Shown here one piece after another: positions 38,015 through 50,003 of a DNA stretch of 64,000 bases. Both the position numbers and the translations under genes were made by a program. Under the pieces are notes generated by a model. The model was not told where the DNA came from, ran no database searches, and saw nothing but the letters and a program-made list of their open reading frames with translations. Source of the stretch: Podarcis melisellensis (Eukaryota); assembly GCA_964234715.1 (NCBI GenBank), contig OZ174279.1; one strand, given 5' to 3'. Position 1 is the stretch's first letter. Every line of letters starts with the position of its first letter.

Positions 38015-41000
38015 ATTTTTCATAGGACATAGAAGAGACCATGTAAACAAATGGAAATTGAAAAAGCAACAACTTACAATTTGCAAGCATTTGAAGATAA
38101 GAGTATCCTTTACCCTTCTCCAAATGTACAATGTCTGAATCCCAAAGGTATTTTGTGGGTTTTTGAAGTGCCTGATGCCCTGGGTAAGATCTTTTTAGTT
38201 TAACAGGACACTTGCATCATTGATTTAACACATACACACTCAAAACCCAACAACAACAACATAAATATAAAAATTAAAGTTCATATTATTAGCACCACCT
38301 TTGGTCCAAGCAATGAGTAAACTGGGAGATGACTGTGAGGTACGGTTAGTTATCAAGTCCTCTCTGCCTGAGACATTGAATATTATATTGTGGTTTCACA
38401 TTGCAAAAACCTGGGAGTAAAACAGGCTGCAGCCTAGTCTCTCTTGGCAGACCCTAAAACAAACATAAAAAGCCTCTGACTAATAACTAGTATGTGTCCC
38501 CATATGAGAGTGCGCTTAGAGTGGCAATATTCCTCAATTCCCTTCCAAGTGTAAGCACTGCATAGACCCAAGGATATCTGCTCCACAATGGCTAAGAATG
38601 GTGAGCACAACTCTATTTTGTGCTGCTTCACAGGATCTGAAGAGTTGTGCCCCAACATGTTCTGAGACATAGTAAGGGATCTTAGGAGAACACATCTCCC
38701 TTTGCATGTTGCCCACATGGTGCTTATAAAAAGCATCATTAGCCAAAGTGAAAACTTGAGCCTCAGCTGTATATTGACAAGCTGTACAGACTTAGAACTG
38801 TTTTCGCTGTATAGAATCTTGCACATCACACAGACATTTTCCTAGTCAGGGGTTCTGATTCAGCCTAATCTTAGTACAAAGGCAGACCAGATGGAATTTC
38901 AAAAAAGGAAGTGCTGTTTCCATGGTCATTCTGCTATGGCATCATCTAAGGCACACAGATTCCAACAAGACTGAAGTGAGCACAAGGAGCCTATAGCAGA
39001 GAGACCCATAAAATAGAGGACTGTTGGGCTAAAACATTTACAAAGATTTAGTTTCTATATTTAGGGATCAGTTTATCAAGAATCATTAATAGCACATGGT
39101 TGCTGGTGGGGAAAAAACTGAATATGGAGCTATATGCCTTAGAGTCTTTAAATCTTTTAGTCAAGTATATAGATGATAACTATTTGATCTGACAGCATTT
39201 CCCCATGAGTCTATGCAAGAATCCAGTGCAGCACTCACCTCTCAAATTCCAATGCCAAGAACTCATAAAATCTCCTTATAATACCTAGATATAAAATGCT
39301 CCACCTGGATGGATCTACATTTACATTGGTAACAACTGCAACAGTACAACGCCTTCTTCCAAATCACATTTCAGAAGCTCCAGTTGCCATAACAAAGACA
39401 GACAAACCTGTAGAATTTCAGAATTTGAAGATCACAAGAGTGGGACCATAAATCATTATCAGATGAGTTGTGATCATAAAATGACTGACTTTGACTACCA
39501 GGCCACCTTCTGACTGCACTGCCATCATGACTCCCACTTTACTAACTCCAGTGGGCACCAGACTGAATATTCACATACTTGGTTGTTCCACAAAGCTTTC
39601 ATTCTGGCAAAACCTTTTGTTCAAACAAGGTGAAACCATGATGGCCAAGAAGCTCATCAACAGTGCAACATGGCCTCAAGTTTTGAAATGAAATCTGGAA
39701 ATGGCAAAAATCTAACCAGCACACAACTTCTCATTCAATATCACAGGTTACATGTAAAGGCCAACTGTTGTTTAAAATTACTTGACCAAAAAATAGATTT
39801 TTTTGTTTAACTATAAGAAGGTAATTTACTGCATATAACCAACCTTTAGTTTCCTCTTGTGAATTTGATTGCTGGGACATTACAAAATCAGTTTAAAAGG
39901 GGACAAAGTTAGATCAAACAGGTGTCATCCTTTGTTGCGTTTGTTTTGTACAGAGACTACTAATGTGATATTTTAAAGGTTAACTGTGTTTCCCCAGTCA
40001 CTATTAAAGAAATGGTGATGTGAGCTAAGGTAATTTCACCATAGTTGTTCTCTGTTGTGAGATGATTTAAACAAAACTAATACTTGCCCCAAATGATTTT
40101 TGTGAATGTGGCCAACATCCTTTTGCAGAAACCATTTTACTATGCAAACAGATTTATATTCTTCCCATAAATTCACTCTCATCTTTGATAAGGAGCACAA
40201 TAACAGTAAAATGCAACAGCTAGTTTTGTTTATCTTCTGCTTTTTTCTATTCCATATTTATTAGAGATCCACTAAAGGTCACATGCAACTTTTAACAATA
40301 GTGGTCATCTAGGGGTGGACTACCCTCCCCCCATATTTTGTTAACAGTACTTAACATTCAACTGTTTGAACAGATTAGCTAGAGGAAAAATAAATGGACA
40401 AGGACTACCCAAATCTATCATAGGACTCTTTATCTTCTCTTTCTCCAAAGTTTGATTCCCTCCTGGATTCTTTCTTATAACAAATCCAACCACAAAAAAA
40501 GATTCAATCTTCAACTTGCTCTCCCAACAGTAACCAATCCAACTTCAATAATAATAATAATAAACCTTCTGAAAAAACAAGCCAAACAAAACCAAAAACA
40601 AACTCCGCTCCCCATCTCTATCACACAGCCCAAGAACCAACCACACATCCTACATCGTCTCCTCACCAACATACTCTCTCAGACTTTTGACAATTACATT
40701 CACCTTTATGTTAAATAACCATTTCAAGAGGGTCATTGAAAGAACAATACTCAATGTCAACTACTTGGAAGATTGGTAACAATCACAAGGCATTCAAATT
40801 CTGCTTCACTGTCCTGACTGTTTCTTGCAAAAAGGAAACCTTAATCCTTTTTATTGATTACTCTTTTTTTAGATTTCAGGCAAAACAGTAATTTGCTGCC
40901 TGCTTTTGGTTTTCTGCACAAGTCTCTAAATTTCAAACTCATAAACAACTCTCCGGTTAACTTTTTGCATAGTAAAAGGCTGCAGTTAGAACTTGTTGCA

Positions 41001-42803
41001 CACAAAATCCCCAATAAAGTTCTGGCTCAAAAGGTGTAGGTGAAGCTTTGCCAAACCAAAAATGCTGAGATGGCAAGTTTTAAAATGCTGCAAAAATGAG
41101 ATCACCAGCTGGCTCCCTCTTTCATTTCTCATCAACAATTGGCTCTTTAAGTGAAGTAGAGCCACTTGGATTAAAGCCAGCTTAAAAACACAACTTGGCT
41201 ATGCTGTCATGCCAGCTCCAGTCATTTCATGAACCTCTAGACTACTTGATACAGAAAACATTACTGCTTCAGATTACGAACTTCAGGATACAGATTCATA
41301 TATTGCAATAAGTTCATATATTGAACTTTTGGCAATAATGGGAGACACAGATGAAACACAGAGCACTGATGTATGTTCATGCACTAAAACACAAAAAGCA
41401 CCCAGAATGTCAGACCAGGCATAAATATATATATATGTTCCTATTTATTTATTTTAAAAAATGGAGATCCAATCTATTCCTCCTCAGTCATAATCCAGTT
41501 ACCTCTTTTGACTGTTACCAAAAGATTACAGCCTCCCCGGCCCAGCCAATTTGGTTTAATAGCAAACAGGAGTCTCAGCACAGGACAATAGTGGCTGTTA
41601 TGTTGTACAAGGAAAATGTGTTAAAACGACAGTGTGAAACTTTCAGTCAATTTGGTTTTAAAGAAAGGGAAAATTGCACTCATCAACCATCTAAAATACT
41701 GCTGTGTGGGGCCAGCCCACCCTGTAAACCTAGACTGAAAGGGACCCACTTTTACTTGGTCATGTTGAGCCTAAGAGATCTTATCACAACTTAGGAGGAG
41801 AAAACCCTGAAAACAGAAACCTGATTCCAATTAGGAGTCTTACTCAAAGCAGGCTTGCAATACCTTCAAGGATACAAACCCCACCAGACACCCCCACTTC
41901 CACTTTAACATGCACACATGCATACTCAAGCACTCACCATTATTATTATTTTTAAAAAAAACCTTAAAAAAAGTAAAAGAGGGATCTCTTAAATTGTTAT
42001 TCCAGAAGGCTCTATACAGTGCTGTGGAGACTTGAGCAACAGCAACTGAAGGGCTGGCTCAGGGAGCTCCAATTACTGACCTCCAAGGATGCTGGGCAAG
42101 GTCACATGTACAGTACTTGATTCAAATATCACAAAAATCAAAATTAAAAATAACAACAACCTGTGAACAGATATGGTAAAGGAATTGACCGAGACGCTAA
42201 CAGGAACCTTGAAGCAAGGACATAAAGCCCATGAGATCACTTTAGGACCTAATGAGTTTTCCGTGTATTTGTCAATGATCTCTACACATCTACAAAAAAT
42301 TAAAAATTAAAAAATACCCACATCCTTAAAAAAGCACATATTTACAAAAAAAAACCCAAAAAACTTCAGCTCTCCCAATCCGTACCTGCTAAATGCTTAG
42401 TTTATGTACAGTACCCCTGATTTAGCTGCAAACGTGTATGCCTAGAGTCTCAAAAAGGAGGCTTGGATTATGGCAGATGGATTATAACTATTTAGCAGCA
42501 AAAATCCAGTTGTGATTTAAAATGTATTACAGTCAGCAGTGTAGTTCTTCCTGCCAACTTTGTGTGTGCACGCACAGAGTTCAAATTTCATGAAACTAAA
42601 CACTGAGACAAGAACCAGGGTCTCCTGGTGCCAATTGCAAATTTATGTTGCTCTCCTGGACTCAGTTGCTTTTTTCTTTTAAGAACACTGGAGGTGTAAA
42701 AATCACCAAATAATGCTCCTGCACAAGATCCACTGGGATCTGGGAGTAAGTCCCATAGAACACAATAAGGCTTCACTCCAAATAGGCATGTATAGGAATG
42801 TGC

Positions 42804-42912
42804 CATGGGTTAGGGTTAGCCAAGGGGGACATAATCAATAAAATTCAATAAAAATACATAGCAAACTGAGGTTCTGCCCCCCCCCCTAACAAAAAGCCTG
42901 GCTATGCCCATG
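42804..42912. mobile_element. hAT-type MITE inside the putative SH3PXD2A 3'UTR
   Basis: Termini CATGGG...TAGCCA / TGGCTATGCCCATG. The 8-bp flanks GAATGTGC and GAATGCAC are both derivable from GAATGCGC by CpG decay. Confidence 0.65.
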
Positions 42913-45900
42913 GAATGCACTGAAAGAGCATTTTATTTTCATGAACATTTAAGCAATATTGCTGTGGAACTGCCTCATTGTGAGTTCAAAGGCTTGAGTA
43001 CTTGAGTACAAGTGCCCAGCACAAAGATGAAGACCCTGATCTTGGGCTGCTAAAAATAGGAACCTTTCCTGTTCTTATCAGTGGAAAGAGATACAGCAGG
43101 CCATGCACCAACAAGCACATCTTTTCTTGCAAATGGCCTGCTTCTGAAAGGCATGGAGCACTAAGGGATCATGAGGTAGAGACTGATTTGACATGCTGTG
43201 CTTCAAGCATACAATTAATCCTCATGTTGTCTCATGAGTGATTTCCCCCCTCAACACATGTATTCCATGCTAACTAAAACCACCCAGCGGCACAATCCTA
43301 TACATGTCTACTCGGAAGTAAGCCCCACTGACTTGCATGGGACTTCCTCCTAGGTGAGTATAAGAAAGCAGCCTTAGCTGAACAAACTGAATTTTGTAAG
43401 GAAGAAAAACTGAGTATTAGAAAGAAAAAGGGTGTTGAACAGTCACTATCACACACAAACAAGTCACACTTCTATTCAACTGTGATGCACTTGTGTAACC
43501 ACTACTGCACTCAGCCACCACAGTAAATTCACACTTACAATCCATTTATACCAGAAATTTTCTGCTGCCTCCTCTCTTTTTCTCAATGGTTCCCTTCCTC
43601 TCATTCCTCATTTCCCCCCCCCCAAGAGTGCATGACTAGATAATGACAAGACTTTTAAAAATCACACTGTGCGTTCCACTTTTAAGTCCTGGATGAGGGG
43701 CCTGTTTAATCTCTTTCAATATTGCACATATCCTCTAACTGGATTTTATCTTGAAAATGCACACAAAAAAAAAGGGAGGGGGGACGTAACCCAAAAACCA
43801 ACAACACACACATACACATGAGAAAAATGTAAATGAACAAACTAGCTAATGAGATCTAAACTTAAATACTAGTATTTCTATTCTGTAAATGCTAGTAGTA
43901 TGAAAATAATGAATGTTTAACCCAGATTCCCTTCGGTTTCTCATAAATGATAGAAAGCACGTTAACACATTTCTAAACAGAGAAAAGCAATGAGTATAAT
44001 TTTACAATAAAATATGCCACACTAATATTTGAAAGTAGTTTAAACAAACAATTCTATAATGCCTTCGTCAAAATGTTCAGTGTTGCTACTGAAAGAAACT
44101 TTTTTGGAAATTGCTCATCATCAGAGACAAAAGCAGACGTTGCTACTGCATTGTAAACTTGAAACACAAATGCACTTGTTCGCCTACCTCAGTATCTAGT
44201 CCTGAATTAGCCAGTCCGTAATGTTCCTTGCCAGTTACCTGTACAAATGAGCATTTTAAAGAAGTCCCACCCAAATTATTTTGTATTCAATTGGGGCTAT
44301 GACCCTAAGCAACACTTGTACTGGAGTCAATGGGACTTAATTCCCTGTAGATGTGTTAAGGAGTAAGTGCTATATATTTTTTCGCACAGAGGAGCTGTTT
44401 TGACAAGGACTTCAGTCACTGGAAAGTTGGGTCAGAATCCAAAAAGGGTTTGAAGCTAGTTCCAAGGAACTTTACGCCCATGGTTTCCTTCAGCAGTACC
44501 CCTCCCCATATCAGCCCAATGTTACATAGCAAAACAGTTCAGAAATATGGAACTTTCATAAGCAGTTAGTGATATGGCTGGGAGCGGTGCGGTGGGCGGC
44601 AGCTGTAGTCAAATTCTTGGCTGGTAAAAGCCCCTCACATGAGCCCAGGTGGCTCCAAATTGATATTTTGATATACGTTAACCAGGCATTCAAATTTTCA
44701 GTGAGGCCTAGTTCTCAAGAAAGAGCCAGGTGGTAAACCTTTATCTGAACTGAAACACTTCAGACTGCAGATAGGGAAAGATCTGATTGAAAGACCTGCC
44801 TCAGAAAAACAAAACGGAACAAGAGCAAAAAACAAAAGAAGAATTCCTGCATACAGAAAACAAAATGTTAAGGAAATGACTTCAAGGCTACACCTTACCT
44901 GGCCTATGCAGGTAAGTTTGTGGATGTGGTGGATCATTCAAGCATGGAAGCATCCATTGCAGACACAGGTTTGCTACCTCATCAGCTTTTTGAGAAATAA
45001 ACTTAAGTCTCAGCTTGAAAGAAATTGCAATAGGCAACAGGTATATGCAGGAAGAGTCAAAGAGAAATAGTGTTCACTAGAATTAAAAAACAAAACAAAA
45101 CAGGAAGAGTATCTTTTCAGGCATTATATAAAACCGCAATAACGAACTCAGAAGTGCTCATTATTATTAAAGTTGCAGTATACAGCAGAACAAAAAAGTT
45201 TCAAATTTTTGGTTTTTTGTTTTCAAAAAAAGATGATTGGTTGTTGTTGTTTTTTTACTTTTGCTTTCTCAATCATTCCCATTTCACATATTTTTTTTTT
45301 GAAAGCATGGATGACCAAGGTAATCTCAAATAATCAGGAAAATAACTAGAAAGCCACTCCTCCTTCCACAAGAGGGCACTCCGACTTCAAAATATTTTAT
45401 TCAGTAGCTCCCTGGAGAATTAAAAAAGTGAATTAGTTAACTCTGAAAGTACAATTATTATTAAATTGCAACTTGATTTTTGATTAGTTTTTAGAAGTAC
45501 AAAATACTTTTCCCCACCAAAATGCTGCAGGTATTTTACAACCATTTGAATGGGACTATAGTGTTTGTGCAGTGAGATCATGAAGACTTGTCACAAGTAA
45601 TTGTGAATAGGCCTGGTGCTGAATTTAATTTTCCAGTTCTGAAAAAGTTTCCTAGATATGCCCTATCAGCTAAAGTGGGAAACATAAATTGCATACCAGT
45701 AACAGTGAAACTGACTAAAGGTGCTTTCTAGTGTCCTTTATTCCACCCCTTTCATACATCATGAAATCGCCTCCAAGCTTGTCCAACACGTGTGCATGCA
45801 CAAGCTATATCTTGTGTGCACAAGCACACAAATATATTTGTGTGTGTCTTGCAGAAAGCACAACATCAGGAATAGCAAGTAGATGCAAAGCTGAGAGCAG

Positions 45901-48900
45901 CTCAGAAGTTAACTTTGCTACTTGCTCAGAACCTCATCACCATAATCACATAAAGTATATTATAGTATTGGCTACTGGACCACCTCTGTTGGGCAACTGA
46001 ATATTGCTTTCTTTTTTTATGCACAATAGATCCTACTCCTCAAGTATTTGTATACATCTTTCAGTAATTATTGATGAGCAAACTGATCTCATAAATAGGA
46101 GACCTCTGCAAGAAAACAGGGCTTACAGATACCATGCCTGCTCTGTATCATATTGACAGCAAATAGATATTGTTTTTGTGGGTAGCAGCCACATGCTTAA
46201 TATGCAGCAAGAAAGGCGTATGTTCTCGAGAACAATTTAGATCAATTTAGCAGACAGCGATCTTCTGCACATAGGACTGGAGAATGGTCAACAGTCATCC
46301 ATTAAGCGCTGGGGGCTAGCAGAATATATTGAAGACATCTAGGGAATCTGGTGGTGGGATGGGGGCTTGTTCAATTACTACTTCAGATCAGCTCCTCACA
46401 TTTACTCAGGGCTGCATACGTTTAAGGAATATAACTAGCTGATCCATTGCTCTCCAAATCTGAAATATATGTCCCTTTTCCTTGGCAGAAAGTTGACACT
46501 TGCTAACTGAATCTACTGTATTTTGAGAGTCCAATGGCTCAATGTAGAAAAGTTGGGAGCTGCACATTTAGCTTTCCCAGGAGATGATGGCATCTTTAGA
46601 ACAAAACTGTATAGTACAATTTTTAAATAATCATAAATTATTTTAATAAATAGGTGAACTTTTTTAAAAAATGACAATTTATACTGCACCTTTAAATAAT
46701 GCACTTGGTTTTTTCTGCATTTTGGTTTAAATTGTTAAAGTGCATTAATTCAAAAATAATGAACCACTTCCTTATCATTATTGTTAAAAAATAAATCATA
46801 AACATTAATATGAGTTGCTAAATCACTACTATTAGTACTGCAATCTAGCAGATTACTTTATGGTTTTGCTCTATTTAATACTGTCCAGCAGAAGAACATA
46901 ATACTTCTATTTATAATCTCACAGCAGCTCTGGCAGTTCTTTTAACAATGGCTGCTAAGGTTTCAGCAGACTTTTAAAATGAAGAGAAACTTCCAAGAGG
47001 CAGAGCTGCTAGGCCTTAGGAAGAAAAGCTCAGGAAAAACACCTACACCTTTTACTTTGCAGTGTAGATCATGACCTTCTCCCCATGGGCTCTTCCACTG
47101 AGCGCGTCACAGGCCTCTCCATCTCTTCCTGTTTCACACAAGCCAACCCTTCTTCCATGCTTATTTATCCAATATAAACAATAGTATGGAAGGTGGTGGC
47201 AGCCAAACTTTAATGGTGTCTCAACAGATCAAACTGAAAGGACAATTGGCACATGAGCTGCAGAAATCAACCCCTCCCCCAACATTTCTCATTGATTCAA
47301 GACGCGTAACACCATATTTTTGTTTAAAGAGAAAGAGAGATGAATCAAGTGAGAATTAGGTAATGTTTCCCAAAGACCAAACATCTCCCCATTATATTTG
47401 ATTTTGAATCCTTTGGAAGAAATGTATCCATTCAGTTCGTTCAAATCTTCCCATTCTTTTCTCTTTCACCTAGTGGAAGGCATGAAGTGTTGCTGGAAGA
47501 TGAAAGAGTTATTTATATTATTTATTCTTGCACAGTAACACAAACACAGCTGGCTTTCTTCTCTTGACACACAAAATGCTGGGCCTCAGGACAGAGACAT
47601 CAAACTCTCATCTGAGAGTCGGTATTCTTAAGCAAAGGCCTTCCGGTGTTTCCTTTTTTACAATTATAAAGTTTATTTAAGGGCTGGTGTTTGAGGCCAC
47701 GGGGAGGGGGATACACTTTGCACCCAAGCCTTTTTCCCCCAGTGGCTTTTCATTTTTTCCATGCTCTCCCACAAATGTTCTATCTTTGAAGTTTCATGAT
47801 TATAAATATCAATGGTGGGGGTAGAAACAGAAATGGAGAGACTGCCCATGTGTGCAGGTGAGCAGGTGCTTGAACAGGTACATTCTCCACTCAATAGTGT
47901 TCTCATTCAATTGCTTTGCAGGTTTTGAAAGTATCAGGTGCTTCTCTCCCAACACAAAGTAATGTTCAAGTGAATACAACGGAAGAGTGATTCCTACTGC
48001 TTGCTCTTAAAAAGGGGGAAATAAAAAGTTTAGGACACAGATGGTTCAAAAATAAAAATCATCCCGCAAATATACAAATTAAAAACAATTGTGCAGACAG
48101 TAAAATGCATGGCTTTTTTCTCTCTTCCCTGCCCCAACTTTGTAAACACAGATGCTTCTCTCCTGGCTGAGAATGGGCATTCATATCTGGAAACAACACT
48201 TAAATACAAACTGTATGGGTCTCCTTGCTTTGTTTTTATTTTAAATTTGTTACTCCCGGTATTCTTGATCTTAAGCACTGTGAGCGTTCTGACATGCATG
48301 CACAATTCCTGCACTGGCACTGCCCGCCTCATTTCCACATGAGGATGCACACGGGGTATCACTCCTCTATCAATGAAGGGCATGCGGAAGAGCATGGACA
48401 CGTAGAAGCTCCATGTTTACATATAGACACTCCTGCACCTCAAGTAGCACCTGGAGTGGGCAACTGGCTGTGATGCAGTGGCTTCAAGGTATCCCTTACT
48501 CCTTACAGAAAAATAACTTCTTACTCTCTTCTACTGGCAAGGAAATGTTTTTACATCATGCACAATAGAGAGATCCAATCCCTGTGAACATGAATAAATT
48601 ATTTCCTTCATAGGAAACAATGGAAAGCCCCTGCAAAACAAAGGCCCATTATGTGGAAGCAAATCCCCTCCACTCAGGGCCAAGTCACCTACTTTGGCAG
48701 GTGGAGCCATGCAGATGGCTCTGGAGAAGCCATCACCACTGTGTTGCATGACTCATCGGCCTGGTTTTCAAGCCACAGGAGGCCACTGTGTGGCCACAAG
48801 AGCTGAAGCCTTATGGGGCTTTGGGATGGGAGCAGAGTGCATGCACAGCTTAAGGAGTTGTGCAGAAGCACTGGTGGAAGCAAGCCTGTTAATTCTGACC

Positions 48901-50003
48901 TGGGCAAAATGAAGAGGAAGGGAAGAGTTATTGAGAAATCCCTTTCTGTCTAGCAAAGGCTTATGGACGGCCAAGGAGCCAAACCTATGATGGTCCATGA
49001 GCCAGCAAATGGGGCTTTGTGGAACAGCAGATTCCCCTTTTAAGCTACAGACAACTGATATTCCCTGCATTCAGATGAAACTTTGCTGCTTCATAGTCCA
49101 ATATGAGGCCCTGGATAGCAAAGTATGTGACAAACCCCTTCAAAGTACTTTCAGTATTGGTTGTTCAGAAGAACCTCAAAATAAAACATTAAATTTTGAG
49201 ACCAATAAGTTTGCACAAGAGGTGTGTTGCAAACACATAATTTTTAGTGTGCATACAAACACCTAGGAACCACATTAAAGTTTGACTACACATCTAATTC
49301 CAATAATAATAGTAAAAAAAACTTGACCCCTTCCCTTGACACAGAGATCACCACAGGACAGAAGCATGACCGGTGCCATTGGGGGAAACTGACAATATGC
49401 ACTTAATGTCAGGTACTAGCAATGCACAGTGAAAAAGCTCCAAGTCTTCAATCTGGAGACAAGAATGTGATAGCCGAGGGCCAACACTGGATTTCTTGAG
49501 TTTCCCCACTTGCTCTGCTGACTTAAAGATATCTTGCTGGTGGTGGAGACTCATCCACAGCTTGGAAACACTTTCGCACACTCCATGTGGAAGAAATGAA
49601 CAAGCTGTTTTTTTTAACATGTCCAGGTTGGCACCAAACTCTCCACCATTTGCAAGTCAATGCACAGGTCCAAACTATACTGTGAAAGGCACACATTTGG
49701 TTTCCTTTTATGACAACCAGGATGGTGGAATAGTGAACCACGTTGCACTCAAAATTATGAAAGTCTTCACCAAAATAGAAAGAGAATGCCATTAGTTCCA
49801 GCTGCCTTTTTCCTTGATATTTGCTGAACAAGCCAATTCCTTCAAACACCCTCAAAGACGGCAGACTTGCTGGTCATAGCAAAGGTCAGATCAACAGTCC
49901 CTTGTATATTAGATAGAATAAAAAGGGAATAAAATCATTGTATTTCCCCCCTTCCTTCCGTATGTACACAGTATAAAAGTATAAATAATGGAATTTAAAG
50001 ACT

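Larger units (their letters stand above)
37990..50003 (-). other. SH3PXD2A: Putative SH3PXD2A 3'UTR (about 12 kb)
   Basis: Downstream of the stop codon; U-rich on the minus strand and relatively repeat-poor. The distal end is inferred, and several internal AATAAA alternatives exist. Confidence 0.5.

Noticed and set aside
41351-41794. 147-aa + strand ORF
   Set aside because: No domain similarity or exon-like context. It is antisense to the putative SH3PXD2A UTR and consistent with chance.
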